Positions 1-9,299 of a DNA stretch of 64,000 nucleotides are shown one piece after another (within the stretch, counting starts at the first letter, position 1; each line of letters opens with the position of its first letter). The DNA lies in IMG/VR virus record IMGVR_UViG_3300036832_000786, positions 32,001-96,000 of that record; one strand, 5' to 3'. The DNA is from a virus. The notes below the pieces were generated by a model, which saw only the letters and a list, made by a program, of their open reading frames with translations, ran no database searches and had not been told where the DNA came from. The position numbers and the translations under genes are program-made.

Positions 1-1290
1 GTAGAGCCGGGCGATCCCGCTCTTCTCCTCCGCTTCGGTCTGCGAATAGGTGATCGCGTTGTCGGCGACCGACAGCATGCCGATCGAGCCGCTGCCGTGG
101 TGCCCCCGCACCTCGCTGGCGCTCTCTGCGGCGCGGGAGCCTTGCTGGGGTACCGCCAGGGCGTAATCGCGCTCCACGGCGCTCCCGCGAAGCTGGATGG
201 CCAAGTCCTCTAGCTTCTCCCAGCGGTCTTGCGGGCCGGGCTTTAGCCGCATGATCTGCGGATAGTCAATCATCACCATCTCGGGCCGGAACCCATCCAA
301 CAGTTCCATCTCGTCTAAGTCCCTTTCGAGCATCTCAAACGACAGGGAACCGGTTGGATACGCCTTGACCCGCAGGTTGTCGAGAAAATAGTCACGGTCC
401 ATTTTCGCGCCCAGGTACCTCTCGGTGGCGTCCTTGCGCTCGATGATAAAGTCCGGCCGGAACACCGTGGCGCGCGGCTCGACCGTCTTGCCGCGTTCCT
501 CAAAAACCGTGTGGTGATAGTCACCGTCACGTTTGACACCGGAGTACAATGTCTGGAAGTACCGTTGCGCGGTGATCTCGGCGCTATTCTCTAGTGTGTA
601 GTGGATCGTGCGCCACCCCTTGAGTAACGCCATCTTGCCGAGGTGGTTGAGCCAGAAACTCTTGCCCCGGTTCCGCGCGGCGATAAAGAGGTGCATCTCC
701 TTTTTGGTCGGTACACAGCCGACCCGATCGAGCGGTAGGATACCGGTGTTACAGTAGTCACCAGGGTGACGGTTGAGAAACCCTAGCGCCGCTGTCTCGG
801 ACAAGGTGAAGCCTTTGTTGCGTGACAGAACACGGGTAGACTTTAGTGACTCGCGGAATAGGGTGTCGATCTGATCGGCGGCGTCTTCGGCGCTCTCCTG
901 GTAGATTTGTGCCGCGCGGTGAATGGCGATCCGCTGGTTACGGCGACGGTTAAATTCGTGGACAAGGTCGGCGACGTACCGCGTGTTGAGTGTCCGTTCC
1001 AGCCGGATCATTTGTGTCAGTATACGTTGGTAGCTGTTGTGACGTTTGTCATCCTTATTCGACAAAATTGCGGTGAAAACGTCATCGACGTGTTCCCGTC
1101 CTGGTGCTGCCTTGTACTTCTTACGGTAACTCAGACACCGGGCGACGATGTCATTGAGCGGCGGGTCGAGAAGAGTGACATCGACCGCGCTCGCGACAAA
1201 CGCCGCGTTGTCATCGGTGCCAAAAGCGACACAGGTGCTGATCGACTCCTGCACCGAGAGGGTAAAGTGTTCTGTGTCAGTGTCCGACAT
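1..1290 (-). CDS. DnaB/T4 gp41-like replicative helicase (3' end runs off the window)
   Basis: Manual translation of the minus strand from ATG 1290 (MSDTDTEHF...). Contains Walker A IAARNRGKS, HYTLENS (catalytic E), Walker B VMIDYPQIM and LAVPQQGSR. Absent from the ORF track because it is open at the window edge. Confidence 0.88.
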   Translation of the reverse strand, partial: MSDTDTEHFTLSVQESISTCVAFGTDDNAAFVASAVDVTLLDPPLNDIVARCLSYRKKYKAAPGREHVDDVFTAILSNKDDKRHNSYQRILTQMIRLERTLNTRYVADLVHEFNRRRNQRIAIHRAAQIYQESAEDAADQIDTLFRESLKSTRVLSRNKGFTLSETAALGFLNRHPGDYCNTGILPLDRVGCVPTKKEMHLFIAARNRGKSFWLNHLGKMALLKGWRTIHYTLENSAEITAQRYFQTLYSGVKRDGDYHHTVFEERGKTVEPRATVFRPDFIIERKDATERYLGAKMDRDYFLDNLRVKAYPTGSLSFEMLERDLDEMELLDGFRPEMVMIDYPQIMRLKPGPQDRWEKLEDLAIQLRGSAVERDYALAVPQQGSRAAESASEVRGHHGSGSIGMLSVADNAITYSQTEAEEKSGIARLY

Positions 1291-1744
1291 CGAAGGGCAC
1301 CACCAGTGAAAGTAACCGGGATTGCATGTAACCGGGGTAGGCTTCTTCAAGCGCGGTGGGTATCAGGTGAACATGGTTCATCATCGACTGGAAGCTCGGC
1401 TGCCGCAGGTAGTTGGCAAGCTCGCGGGCACAGACTTGACCCAAGGCGACACGCTGGACCGGGGTTAGCCCCGGCGCGCATTCGGCGAGTAGCTCGCGCA
1501 GGGCTTCCGATTTGGTGATAAAGGCGGCGAAAGAGCCGGTACGTTTTATGTGAAAGCTTCGGCCAACATAGATGCCACGATGCTGGCATTCATGCAAGAT
1601 GCCTTCGAGTATCCAGTCTTGCTCCTCGACGGCGTCACTGCGGATCGACTGGTTTTGCATTAGTAACGCGCAGCGTTTCCTTATGTCATCGAGTTCCTTG
1701 CGGGTGAGTGACGGTAACTCTTCGCAGATTGATTGATACGACAT
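1277..1744 (-). CDS. hypothetical phage protein
   Basis: ORF whose stop overlaps the helicase start; plausible composition; start placed at MSYQ. Confidence 0.6.
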   Translation of the reverse strand: MSYQSICEELPSLTRKELDDIRKRCALLMQNQSIRSDAVEEQDWILEGILHECQHRGIYVGRSFHIKRTGSFAAFITKSEALRELLAECAPGLTPVQRVALGQVCARELANYLRQPSFQSMMNHVHLIPTALEEAYPGYMQSRLLSLVVPFDVGH

Positions 1745-1774
1745 CCGGCTTTCCCCCGGTCGATTCATTGGTCC

Positions 1775-2134
1775 CTATTCATTTATACGGACGAGCGCAC
1801 CGCTGCCGGGCGGCTCAAAAAAATATTTTCGCTCAGCCCCAAAATAGGGGGGGCGTCGCTCGTATGATTCTAATAGGAGAGCATTTTCATAGCGGCTCCG
1901 GGTCGATAGCAAGATTCTGCCGGTGCGGATCGGTGGAAGGGTGTGCTGACCGCCGCGCAAACCAAAGGACGTAGCGGTCACTTCGGTGACGACATGCTTG
2001 ACTCTCGGTGAGTGACCGACCTTGCCGCTGGGAGTGATAGACACCGCGTGATGTGGATTGGCGGTAAACCCCGGAACTATCGCACGCCGCCGGGTACCAA
2101 GCAATTGGTCAGCTAGGGTCGGTTCGTGACTCAC
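1775..2134 (-). CDS. hypothetical protein
   Basis: Co-oriented with the helicase operon; no recognised motif. Confidence 0.45.
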   Translation of the reverse strand: MSHEPTLADQLLGTRRRAIVPGFTANPHHAVSITPSGKVGHSPRVKHVVTEVTATSFGLRGGQHTLPPIRTGRILLSTRSRYENALLLESYERRPPYFGAERKYFFEPPGSGALVRINE

Positions 2135-2153
2135 CCGTGCGTGTCATGGTGTC

Positions 2154-2240
2154 GTAATCCCCCGTCAAGGGGGATTACATGATCTTCCCGGCGGTCATGG
2201 TAGTAAGATTTTGAGTAAGATTTTGAGTTAGACTTGAGTC
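2154..2240. promoter_or_regulatory. divergent intergenic control region with inverted and direct repeats
   Basis: Perfect inverted repeat GTAATCCCCC-gtcaa-GGGGGATTAC (2154-2178). Tandem AGTAAGATTTTG x2 plus degenerate AGTTAGACTTG (2202-2236). Lies between divergent operons. Confidence 0.5.
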
Positions 2241-2255
2241 ACAAGGGAGGGAGAG

Positions 2256-2456
2256 TTGGGAAGTTACATCATTCACCCACCTAGATCGTGGTTCGGTCAG
2301 GTTTCCACCAGAACTCGGAAGAGTCTCCTTCGTCAGAGGGAGAAAAAGCTGCTGGATGACGCATGGATTGCAGCTATGACCGAACGTGCCCGTGCTTCTG
2401 GACCGGAGCTGCGGAAACGGAAGGGTCACAAGTACCGCGTTCTGATCGAGGTGTGA
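2256..2456 (+). CDS. small hypothetical protein
   Basis: GGAGG SD before TTG; ends in HKYRVLIEV, a motif shared with other ORFs in the window. Confidence 0.55.
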   Translation: MGSYIIHPPRSWFGQVSTRTRKSLLRQREKKLLDDAWIAAMTERARASGPELRKRKGHKYRVLIEV

Positions 2457-2477
2457 CTTTAAGAGGGAGGGATCAAA

Positions 2478-3584
2478 ATGATGACTGATACCGCTTCCGA
2501 AAATGTGTACCCCCTAGACTTCCGTCAGAAACGACGGCGTAAGGGTACTACCTTAACCGAAGACTCGATCACCGGTTCCAAGCGATGGCTGCGTGTGGTG
2601 TACTGGAAACACACGATAAGCGCGCTGCGTGTCAGGTTCCCAAAGACGACATTGCAGGTTTTAATCCTTGCAGGACCGTTACCGCAGGAAGAGATCGGTT
2701 TGCTTCGGTCACTCGATGACAATTTGTACATCGTTGTAGTGGACCGGGACAAGGAACTGGTCACGCGGGCAAAGGAAGCTGGGGCTGATGAGGCGATTTG
2801 GTGTCATGTCGGCGGTATGGTCGGACGGCGGTTCAGACTGTCCCCCCAACTTATGGGCCGAAAGTTCCACGCAATCTGGCTTGACACCAGTACACTGGCT
2901 ACACTCCAGCTTAGAAAAATGGTGCATGTGTGTTATGATAATGGTCTGCGGCTTCGCGGTATGTTGTTAGTCACCTTCCAGGTATCAAAGGACTTCGATT
3001 ACAAGGACAAGGCAACCGGTGAGTGGCACACCCAGAAAAGACTCCGTAACTCCGCCGTGCATTACGTCAACCGCTGGCTTGTTTCTACCGGATATATCGA
3101 TGAGGGCATGGCTGCGCGTATCTGGTACGTGTTCACCGCACTGAGCCGTATCCTAACTTGTTGTGTCCAATACAACGGCGGTGAGGGCGAGAAAGTACCG
3201 ATGATGGCGTGCTTGCTGACAAAGCCTCCTACTATGCCAAAGCGTGTTGTAACACCGATAAAGTTTTTTAGGTTGGAGAAGGATGATTACATGCGGGCTG
3301 CGGTGACTGGGAATCTGGTCGGTCCTGTGGAACAGCTTGAACAAGTCCGTCACAGATACGACCAGCTTATCAAGGAGGATATCGTGAAGGGGATCAATCG
3401 TAGCGCCGGGGCTTTTAAGGCTAATATCACTCGGCGTAATAAACGGATCGAGGAACTCGAAGCGGAGCTTTTAGCGGAAACCGGAGCGCGGATCGGTGAC
3501 CTCGATGCAATTGAGTTCCTTCAGCTATGCGTCAAGGAACTCAACCGACAGCTTGCGGATACAAAGGAGTTGATCAATGAGTGA
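2478..3584 (+). CDS. putative SAM-dependent methyltransferase-fold protein with C-terminal coiled coil
   Basis: Rossmann-like strand pattern VLILAG / IVVVDRD / FHAIWLD / GMLLVTF; strong SD; overlaps the DUF5131 gene start. Confidence 0.5.
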   Translation: MMTDTASENVYPLDFRQKRRRKGTTLTEDSITGSKRWLRVVYWKHTISALRVRFPKTTLQVLILAGPLPQEEIGLLRSLDDNLYIVVVDRDKELVTRAKEAGADEAIWCHVGGMVGRRFRLSPQLMGRKFHAIWLDTSTLATLQLRKMVHVCYDNGLRLRGMLLVTFQVSKDFDYKDKATGEWHTQKRLRNSAVHYVNRWLVSTGYIDEGMAARIWYVFTALSRILTCCVQYNGGEGEKVPMMACLLTKPPTMPKRVVTPIKFFRLEKDDYMRAAVTGNLVGPVEQLEQVRHRYDQLIKEDIVKGINRSAGAFKANITRRNKRIEELEAELLAETGARIGDLDAIEFLQLCVKELNRQLADTKELINE

Positions 3585-4914
3585 CATTAATTTTGATGGT
3601 ACCAATGATCCTGATATCGAGTTGGGACTCATGCTGGAGGAACAGGAAGAGATCATCGAGAACGCCGACCGCAGTGGTTACTATGAGAAGGGTAAGGCAC
3701 TCGCTGCGATCCGTGACACTAAAGTCGAGATCGACGGTAAGACGGTGAAGGGGCTGTATCATCAAAAACACGACGCTTTCGACACTTTTGAGGAGTATTG
3801 TGACGAGCGGTGGGAGATGGCTGACAGGCATGCGCGGCGGTTGATCGAGGCGGCGTTGTTTGCGGACCAATTGGTCCGGTGTAAACTCTCGCTTCCTGCC
3901 CGTGAGGGGCATGTACGTTTGCTGTTGTCTAAACTCGATACCGATGATGATCGGATCGCAGTGTGGAAGAACGTGTTGAAAGAATGTGGCCGACCGCGCG
4001 ATGTGCGTGCATCCGATGTCGAGGCCGAGATCGAACGTTACCTAGCGTCAGTAAAGCGTGACTATGTCACCCTCGATGAATGGAACGCTTTGGATGTGGT
4101 GGGGCAGTCCGAGATTCTGAAGGTGCGTGGTACTGATGGACTCAACAAACAGACCAATGCCGACATCGAGTGGGCTGATTGGTCATGGAACCCGGTGACC
4201 GGTTGCTTGCACGGCTGCCCATATTGTTACGCGCGTGATCGTGCCTTCCGGTACTACCCAAAGGAGCTAGGCTTTATTCCGGCGTTGCGGTCTAGGCGGC
4301 TCGACGCGCCGACCAGTCGCCACCCTGATGGTCACGGTGCGGCGAAAAACATATTTGTGTGTTCGATGGCTGACCTGTTTGGCCGCTGGGTGCCGACAGA
4401 CTGGATTATCGCGGTGCTCGAAACAGTACTGGCGTGCCCGCAATGGAACTTTTTGTTCCTCACCAAGTTTCCCCTGCGTATGTCGGAATTTGTGATTCCG
4501 CCAAATGCCTGGATGGGTACCAGTGTCGATTTACAGGCGCGCGTGGCCAACGCCGAGAAGGCGATGGCTTCGGTTAAAGCTTCGGTGCGTTGGCTGTCAC
4601 TGGAACCGATGCTGGAGCCGCTGACGTTCTCGCGGCTCGATATGTTTGATTGGGTGGTTATCGGTGGTGCATCTGCCTCGCAGGCAGTTGACGGCTTCCC
4701 TGCAACACCGGAGTGGAATGTACCTGCGGATTGGCTTGCTGATGTACAGCGGCAGGCCCGCGATGCCGGTTGCGCCGTGTACCATAAAACGAACAGTGGT
4801 TACACCGGTACGACCCGGCTGCGTGAGTACCCTGGTGTTGAGCGTGCTGTGCCTCACGCGCCGAAAGTTTTCGACTATCTTCGTGCCATACCGAAAGCGG
4901 ATCGTTTGGGTTAG
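3577..4914 (+). CDS. DUF5131 (phage Gp37/Gp68, radical-SAM-like) protein with N-terminal helical domain
   Basis: IEWADWSWNPVTGCLHGCPYCYA, IFVCSMADLF, FLFLTK, WLSLEPML, DWVVIGGAS. Confidence 0.9.
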   Translation: MSDINFDGTNDPDIELGLMLEEQEEIIENADRSGYYEKGKALAAIRDTKVEIDGKTVKGLYHQKHDAFDTFEEYCDERWEMADRHARRLIEAALFADQLVRCKLSLPAREGHVRLLLSKLDTDDDRIAVWKNVLKECGRPRDVRASDVEAEIERYLASVKRDYVTLDEWNALDVVGQSEILKVRGTDGLNKQTNADIEWADWSWNPVTGCLHGCPYCYARDRAFRYYPKELGFIPALRSRRLDAPTSRHPDGHGAAKNIFVCSMADLFGRWVPTDWIIAVLETVLACPQWNFLFLTKFPLRMSEFVIPPNAWMGTSVDLQARVANAEKAMASVKASVRWLSLEPMLEPLTFSRLDMFDWVVIGGASASQAVDGFPATPEWNVPADWLADVQRQARDAGCAVYHKTNSGYTGTTRLREYPGVERAVPHAPKVFDYLRAIPKADRLG

Positions 4915-4925
4915 GGAGTGACACA

Positions 4926-5222
4926 ATGCCGTACCAAGTGCCACGCCCGATGTATGTGCGTTTTCCTGAACTGAAGAATATCCTGGGGTTCAGTTGGTCA
5001 CGGCAGCATCTCATTGTCTTGTGTAAGGAGGGAAAGTTCCCCAAGCCGTACCAACTGTCACCAAATCGGGTTGGTTGGGATGTCGATGAGATACTGGCAT
5101 GGAAGGCGAGTCGGGAGCGCGCTGCGGCGAAGGCTTCCGGCCCGCGCAGGCGGGGTCGGCCGCCCAAGCAAGCGCCGCCACCGGACAAGCCAAAGTTGCG
5201 GGTGATGATTGACGATGAGTGA
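4926..5222 (+). CDS. AlpA-family HTH regulator / excisionase
   Basis: SRQHLIVLCKEGKFPKPYQLSPNRVGWDVDEILAW is the AlpA signature. Confidence 0.85.
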   Translation: MPYQVPRPMYVRFPELKNILGFSWSRQHLIVLCKEGKFPKPYQLSPNRVGWDVDEILAWKASRERAAAKASGPRRRGRPPKQAPPPDKPKLRVMIDDE

Positions 5223-5262
5223 CTTTTCCCCTAGGATTCCGGGTTCTAGGAAAGGAATTCGT

Positions 5263-6039
5263 ATGGCCAATCAATTTCCCGATATCGTGCGGGCGTGGAA
5301 GCAGCGAGATCGGTTACAGTGGGAAATCGGTGACAAGATCAACAATGTCGCTCCGCCCGGTAAAGATGGTGTTAACGACGATGGTGTAAGCATTGAGAAA
5401 CTAAAACAGATCAAGGCCGAACTCGAAGCCAACGGTTACCCGTGCCCGATCAAAACCCTTATGGATTACCGCACTATTGCTCATGCGTTTCTGGCTTCGG
5501 ATCGATCCGAAGCCTCCTGGACAGTCTGTCGTATTGCAGGCGATCCGCAGATGCTGGCTAGAATTGTCGCCGAATCCGGCGATAAGCGGTTGACGGCATC
5601 GGGTGCACGCTCACTCAAAGATAAGTTGAATGGTAAGGTCAGAAAGCCTAGAGCCAGAAAGAAGAAGACCGACACCGAACCCGCCCCGGCAGCCGCGCCG
5701 GAAGTGAAGTCTGTCACTACGACCGTCACCGCCCCAGCCGCTGCCCCCGTCCGTGTCGTATCGTCAGGTTCATCGGCACCGGCTGCGGCGGCGAGCCGCG
5801 CCACGCGGGTGAGTGTTGTTGCTAAATCGGATAATGCGGAAGTGACTTATTATGACGCCGATTCAAGTGCGGCGAGCGAAATGGCGCAACATATGATGGA
5901 TGATCCCGACTATTACCGTGATACTGATCTTCACGGGATTAAAAATGGTGTTACCAAGTTGCGGGCGGCGCTTGACAAGCTGGAAGTGGTTGTTGATGCC
6001 TTGATCAAGGAGCGCGCCCGCAACTCGGATGCTGCCTAG
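5263..6039 (+). CDS. hypothetical phage protein (possible DNA-binding, Ala/Pro-rich linker)
   Basis: AAGGA SD before ATG 5263; long ORF with a helical N-domain (QWEIGDKI). Confidence 0.65.
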   Translation: MANQFPDIVRAWKQRDRLQWEIGDKINNVAPPGKDGVNDDGVSIEKLKQIKAELEANGYPCPIKTLMDYRTIAHAFLASDRSEASWTVCRIAGDPQMLARIVAESGDKRLTASGARSLKDKLNGKVRKPRARKKKTDTEPAPAAAPEVKSVTTTVTAPAAAPVRVVSSGSSAPAAAASRATRVSVVAKSDNAEVTYYDADSSAASEMAQHMMDDPDYYRDTDLHGIKNGVTKLRAALDKLEVVVDALIKERARNSDAA

Positions 6040-6040
6040 T

Positions 6041-6391
6041 CTACTTCTTGTAGCCGCCGTAGGAGAACGGATCGTCGGGGTCACCGTCTTCGGGATCGGG
6101 ATCGGAATCTTCTGGCTCTTGGTTCCATTTAAGCGCCGGGTTTGCTTTGGCCCAGCGGCTGACGAACAACGCATCGGAGGGGTGGTGTAAGCCGCCTTCT
6201 GCCATGAGTTTGCTCCGGGTGATGGTTTCCCCTGGTATCATGTTTTTGATGTAAGCCTGCATCCGCCGGACAGCTTCGGCGCGAATGTTGAACAGATTCG
6301 GTTTCGCCTCGCCTATTACTATATTGAGCACTTCGGTGATAGGTTCCCTTTCGTCTACCACTATGTTGATGATGGTAGGTTCCTTCGGCAT
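6041..6391 (-). CDS. hypothetical protein, paralog of 6941-7333
   Basis: Shares RAxA...PGxxIxRxxLMAxxGL...SDxxFxxRWAKxN with the 6941 ORF; GGAG SD. Confidence 0.7.
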   Translation of the reverse strand: MPKEPTIINIVVDEREPITEVLNIVIGEAKPNLFNIRAEAVRRMQAYIKNMIPGETITRSKLMAEGGLHHPSDALFVSRWAKANPALKWNQEPEDSDPDPEDGDPDDPFSYGGYKK

Positions 6392-6632
6392 GTCCTTTTC
6401 CTCCCTGCGGCGCGCGGTGATGGGGATTACCGCGCAAGACAGATATTTACAGCGCCCGGCTGAGCGGCGTCAACCCCACCCGATACCGCCGATACCGCCG
6501 ATCCCGATATCTCGGCTTGCGTCGTATTATTGCCGTGCATACATTGTAAGGCGTCGTAATCGTTGTTTACGACAGAACGCGGGCAATGGTGTCCGGTTCC
6601 AAAAACTTTTAAGGATGTTTGGAGTAAAGCCT

Positions 6633-6863
6633 ATGGATACCTTTAGCACAGAAGATTCGGTGTCGGTGACTATTAGGTTCTCACCTGAAATGCTCGACGG
6701 GATCGATCGGTACCGACATCAAGTACGCTATCGGCCGACACGGTCGGCGGTCATTCGCACCGCATTGGAGGAATGGCTGAAGATGCAACCGGAGCTACAG
6801 TACAAACCCCCACGTCAGCCGCAACACCAGAAAAGAGTGATGCCTGACGAGAAGGCAGCTTGA
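6633..6863 (+). CDS. ribbon-helix-helix (CopG/Arc-like) regulator
   Basis: VSVTIRFSPEMLDGIDRY...TRSAVIRTALEEWL; GGAG SD before ATG 6633. Confidence 0.75.
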   Translation: MDTFSTEDSVSVTIRFSPEMLDGIDRYRHQVRYRPTRSAVIRTALEEWLKMQPELQYKPPRQPQHQKRVMPDEKAA

Positions 6864-6890
6864 CGCGGTTTTGAACCGCGTGGTAATACA
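6860..6890 (+). promoter_or_regulatory. putative sigma70 promoter with palindromic operator
   Basis: TTGACG -35 followed by GGTAAT/TAATAC; the spacer holds the perfect inverted repeat ACGCGGTT-ttg-AACCGCGT. Confidence 0.45.
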
Positions 6891-6940
6891 TCGTCTTGCG
6901 CAGCGATGACTGCGCGAACGATGGTGAAAGGAGGCTTCAG

Positions 6941-7333
6941 GTGTCTGATCGCGTCCGTAACCCAGACGGCTTTCAGCCGTACCTGGATTTTATCCAGGAG
7001 TTCTGCGGTGGTACGCCACTGGCGTTTGACAAGATGAACTACTGCATCCAGCGCATGATCGAAACGGTGGTTATTCACACCGATCCGATCCCCGGCTCGC
7101 CGCCGGACGTGCGCGCGAAGGCGATCGCCGCCGCGCAGGAGTTTATCGACACGCTGGAACCCGGCATGTCGGTCAACCGCGAAATGTTGATGGCGAAGAG
7201 CGGCCTGCCAAAGGACAACCGCTCCGACAGCATCTTTATGCTGCGTTGGGCCAAGGAGAATGCCCAACTCAACTTTGATCCCGGCGGCTCGCCGCACTTT
7301 GTCAAGCAACTGACCAACGGCGCGACCCACTAA
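6941..7333 (+). CDS. hypothetical protein, paralog of 6041-6391
   Basis: AAGGAGG SD before GTG 6941; similarity to the 6041 ORF. Confidence 0.7.
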   Translation: MSDRVRNPDGFQPYLDFIQEFCGGTPLAFDKMNYCIQRMIETVVIHTDPIPGSPPDVRAKAIAAAQEFIDTLEPGMSVNREMLMAKSGLPKDNRSDSIFMLRWAKENAQLNFDPGGSPHFVKQLTNGATH

Positions 7334-7353
7334 AAAACCCGTTGAGTCACACG

Positions 7354-7386
7354 AACGGCGGGTTACTATAACCCGCCGTTTTCTAT
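7354..7386 (+). terminator. hairpin / rho-independent terminator
   Basis: AACGGCGGGTTA-cta-TAACCCGCCGTT followed by a T-rich tract. Confidence 0.6.
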
Positions 7387-7400
7387 TTGTGGAGTGTCCG

Positions 7401-8258
7401 ATGCCGACTGATAAGTTACCGCCGTTTTTGGAAGATGAGGCGCATAGCCTGCGAGTCACTTGGCGTAAGTCGATCAATTATTTTAGCACCTTCGCGACTC
7501 AGTGGTTTCAACTGAAGCGCCGGTTTGATGCCGGTGAATTTGATGACCGTCGCGGCGAACTGAAATTCGGCGGCTCGACTTTTAGTGCCTGGGTCGCGGA
7601 GATCGGTATGCCGGATGAGTTTATCGCCAAGCTGCTAAAGGTACACGAATTGGCTTTGGCGCAGGAACATCGCCAGGAGATACAACGCGAGATCGCCCGG
7701 CAGCAACGCGAGCGGCGGGAAGCGGCGATGCAGAAAAGGATCGATGCGGAGGAGAAAAAGATCAAGCGGCTTGAGGAACAACAGGCGACCGCTAAAGCGT
7801 CTGATCAAGCCAAGTTCATGGCCCAGCTTGAGACAATGCGCGAGAAGCAAAAAGAACGGCGCGCCGAGAAGGCGCGACAAATCAGTTTGCGGGGTCCGCA
7901 CCATCCCGAACTTCGGGCGCTTCTTGAAGCCAGTGCCTATCTGCGGCAGCGCGACCCGGTCGATCTGGGGTTGATCGGTCACTGCTACTGCGACATGCGG
8001 ACACTTATTGAACAGCCTGGAGTGCGCGAGGGTGAGGGGAAGGATGAAGATGGTCATCTTGTCACCTGGGGTAAGTTTATTATCCTGCATATCGACGGTA
8101 GCCCCGATTCGCGTATCCGCAATAAAAAGGTCAATGTCGAGCGGTTGGTTCGGCAGTACGAGGATAGCCTGCCGATCGGGCAGAAGCCGGTGATGCTGAC
8201 GCGTGACGAGCGGTTGGCGTTGATGCCGTCGCCGGAACGGGAACGGGAGGCGAGCTAG
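7401..8258 (+). CDS. hypothetical coiled-coil protein
   Basis: GGAG SD; central E/Q/R/K-rich coiled coil. Confidence 0.65.
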   Translation: MPTDKLPPFLEDEAHSLRVTWRKSINYFSTFATQWFQLKRRFDAGEFDDRRGELKFGGSTFSAWVAEIGMPDEFIAKLLKVHELALAQEHRQEIQREIARQQRERREAAMQKRIDAEEKKIKRLEEQQATAKASDQAKFMAQLETMREKQKERRAEKARQISLRGPHHPELRALLEASAYLRQRDPVDLGLIGHCYCDMRTLIEQPGVREGEGKDEDGHLVTWGKFIILHIDGSPDSRIRNKKVNVERLVRQYEDSLPIGQKPVMLTRDERLALMPSPEREREAS

Positions 8259-8263
8259 AATCG

Positions 8264-8295
8264 AAAACCCCGCCGTGATGGCGGGGTTTCTTTTA
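8264..8295. terminator. bidirectional rho-independent terminator
   Basis: AAACCCCGCC-gtgat-GGCGGGGTTT with A/T flanks, between convergent genes. Confidence 0.75.
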
Positions 8296-8550
8296 TTTAT
8301 CGAGGGGTACCCGATATTTGTGTTTTCTTCCCGGTTGACCGGAGCCGGGCCGGTCCTGCCACGGTTTGGCTTCGCCGCGACTCTCGGCCCAGGCGAGCAA
8401 ATCGGTGTAGCGCCACGCGACCCGCTGCGATGACAGGTTGACCGGTCGCGGGAACCGGCCTTGCTTTACGAGATTGGCAACGTGTTGCCGGGTCCAGGAG
8501 AAACCGATGACGCTGGCCAATTCTTTGAAGGGCACAAAGATGCGATCCAT
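8293..8550 (-). CDS. AlpA-family HTH regulator / excisionase
   Basis: WTRQHVANLVKQGRFPRPVNLSSQRVAWRYTDLLAW; paralog of 4926-5222. Confidence 0.85.
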   Translation of the reverse strand: MDRIFVPFKELASVIGFSWTRQHVANLVKQGRFPRPVNLSSQRVAWRYTDLLAWAESRGEAKPWQDRPGSGQPGRKHKYRVPLDK

Positions 8551-8561
8551 AGAACGGCTCC

Positions 8562-8804
8562 TTAGCGGCGGGGTGCACCGGGGTAACGCTCGCCGATATA
8601 GGTGCGAGCGTCATCGAGTGTGTCAAATAGCTGGTTGAAGTCGTCCGGCTCGTCGCTGTCGATGACCACCCAATTCATGCCGGGCAGGTTCTCGTAAGCG
8701 CGGCGGATGTCCAGCCGTATGGTGCGTGGTGAACCCGGTATGGGGTAGGTGTAGACGTAGTAACCGCCGTCGCGGCGATTATGTTTGAAGGTGACCTTGC
8801 TCAT
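8562..8804 (-). CDS. small hypothetical protein
   Basis: Coupled to the 8801-9040 ORF in a minus-strand operon. Confidence 0.55.
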   Translation of the reverse strand: MSKVTFKHNRRDGGYYVYTYPIPGSPRTIRLDIRRAYENLPGMNWVVIDSDEPDDFNQLFDTLDDARTYIGERYPGAPRR

Positions 8805-9040
8805 TTCTTGGGTTCCTTGAGGAAGGGGAAGGGTGGCGTGGGTTTAGTGGTGGCAACGTGCATGATGCGGGCGCAGGTTTCTTCGCCTAGTATCTCCTCC
8901 GGTGTCATATTTGGCGCGAGTGCGCGCAGCATTTCCTTCGCGATCTTGTAGGTTTCGCGGCCCCGTTTGTTTATTGGTAGGCACTCCATCGCCACGATGG
9001 ACGCGGCTATGTCCTGTATACTCACTTTTGGGGTTTTCAT
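8801..9040 (-). CDS. small hypothetical protein
   Basis: AAGGA SD; coupled to the downstream ORF. Confidence 0.5.
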   Translation of the reverse strand: MKTPKVSIQDIAASIVAMECLPINKRGRETYKIAKEMLRALAPNMTPEEILGEETCARIMHVATTKPTPPFPFLKEPKK

Positions 9041-9299
9041 TATGGGGTTCCTTCGGGTTTCGGGTCGGGAGCAAACCGACCGTTTGGTAGATGGTCACGC
9101 GGTCGTCCCAATCGGCGGCGTTTAACAGGTATATCGGTGCCGGTTGCTGCTCGACGTAAATCTCGACATCGACCGGGCTAGTGGAGGTCACGGTGATACG
9201 CACGGGCACGCTTGTCATTCGTCGCACTCCTTTGTAAGATCGCGCACGGATTAAATGGTATGGCAACGCTGGCCGTCAAGCGGGGTAAACCCGAATGAA

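Noticed and set aside
907-1518. 203-aa plus-strand ORF
   Set aside because: It is antisense to the motif-supported helicase and its upstream gene.
6285-6632. Long N-terminal extension of the RHH ORF
   Set aside because: It overlaps the opposite-strand gene and a low-complexity intergenic region; the SD supports ATG 6633.
7401-8258. Coiled-coil ORF as the missing Tas/Nop effector
   Set aside because: No recognisable Nop/IS110 C-terminal motifs, and it lies 16 kb from the nearest array.
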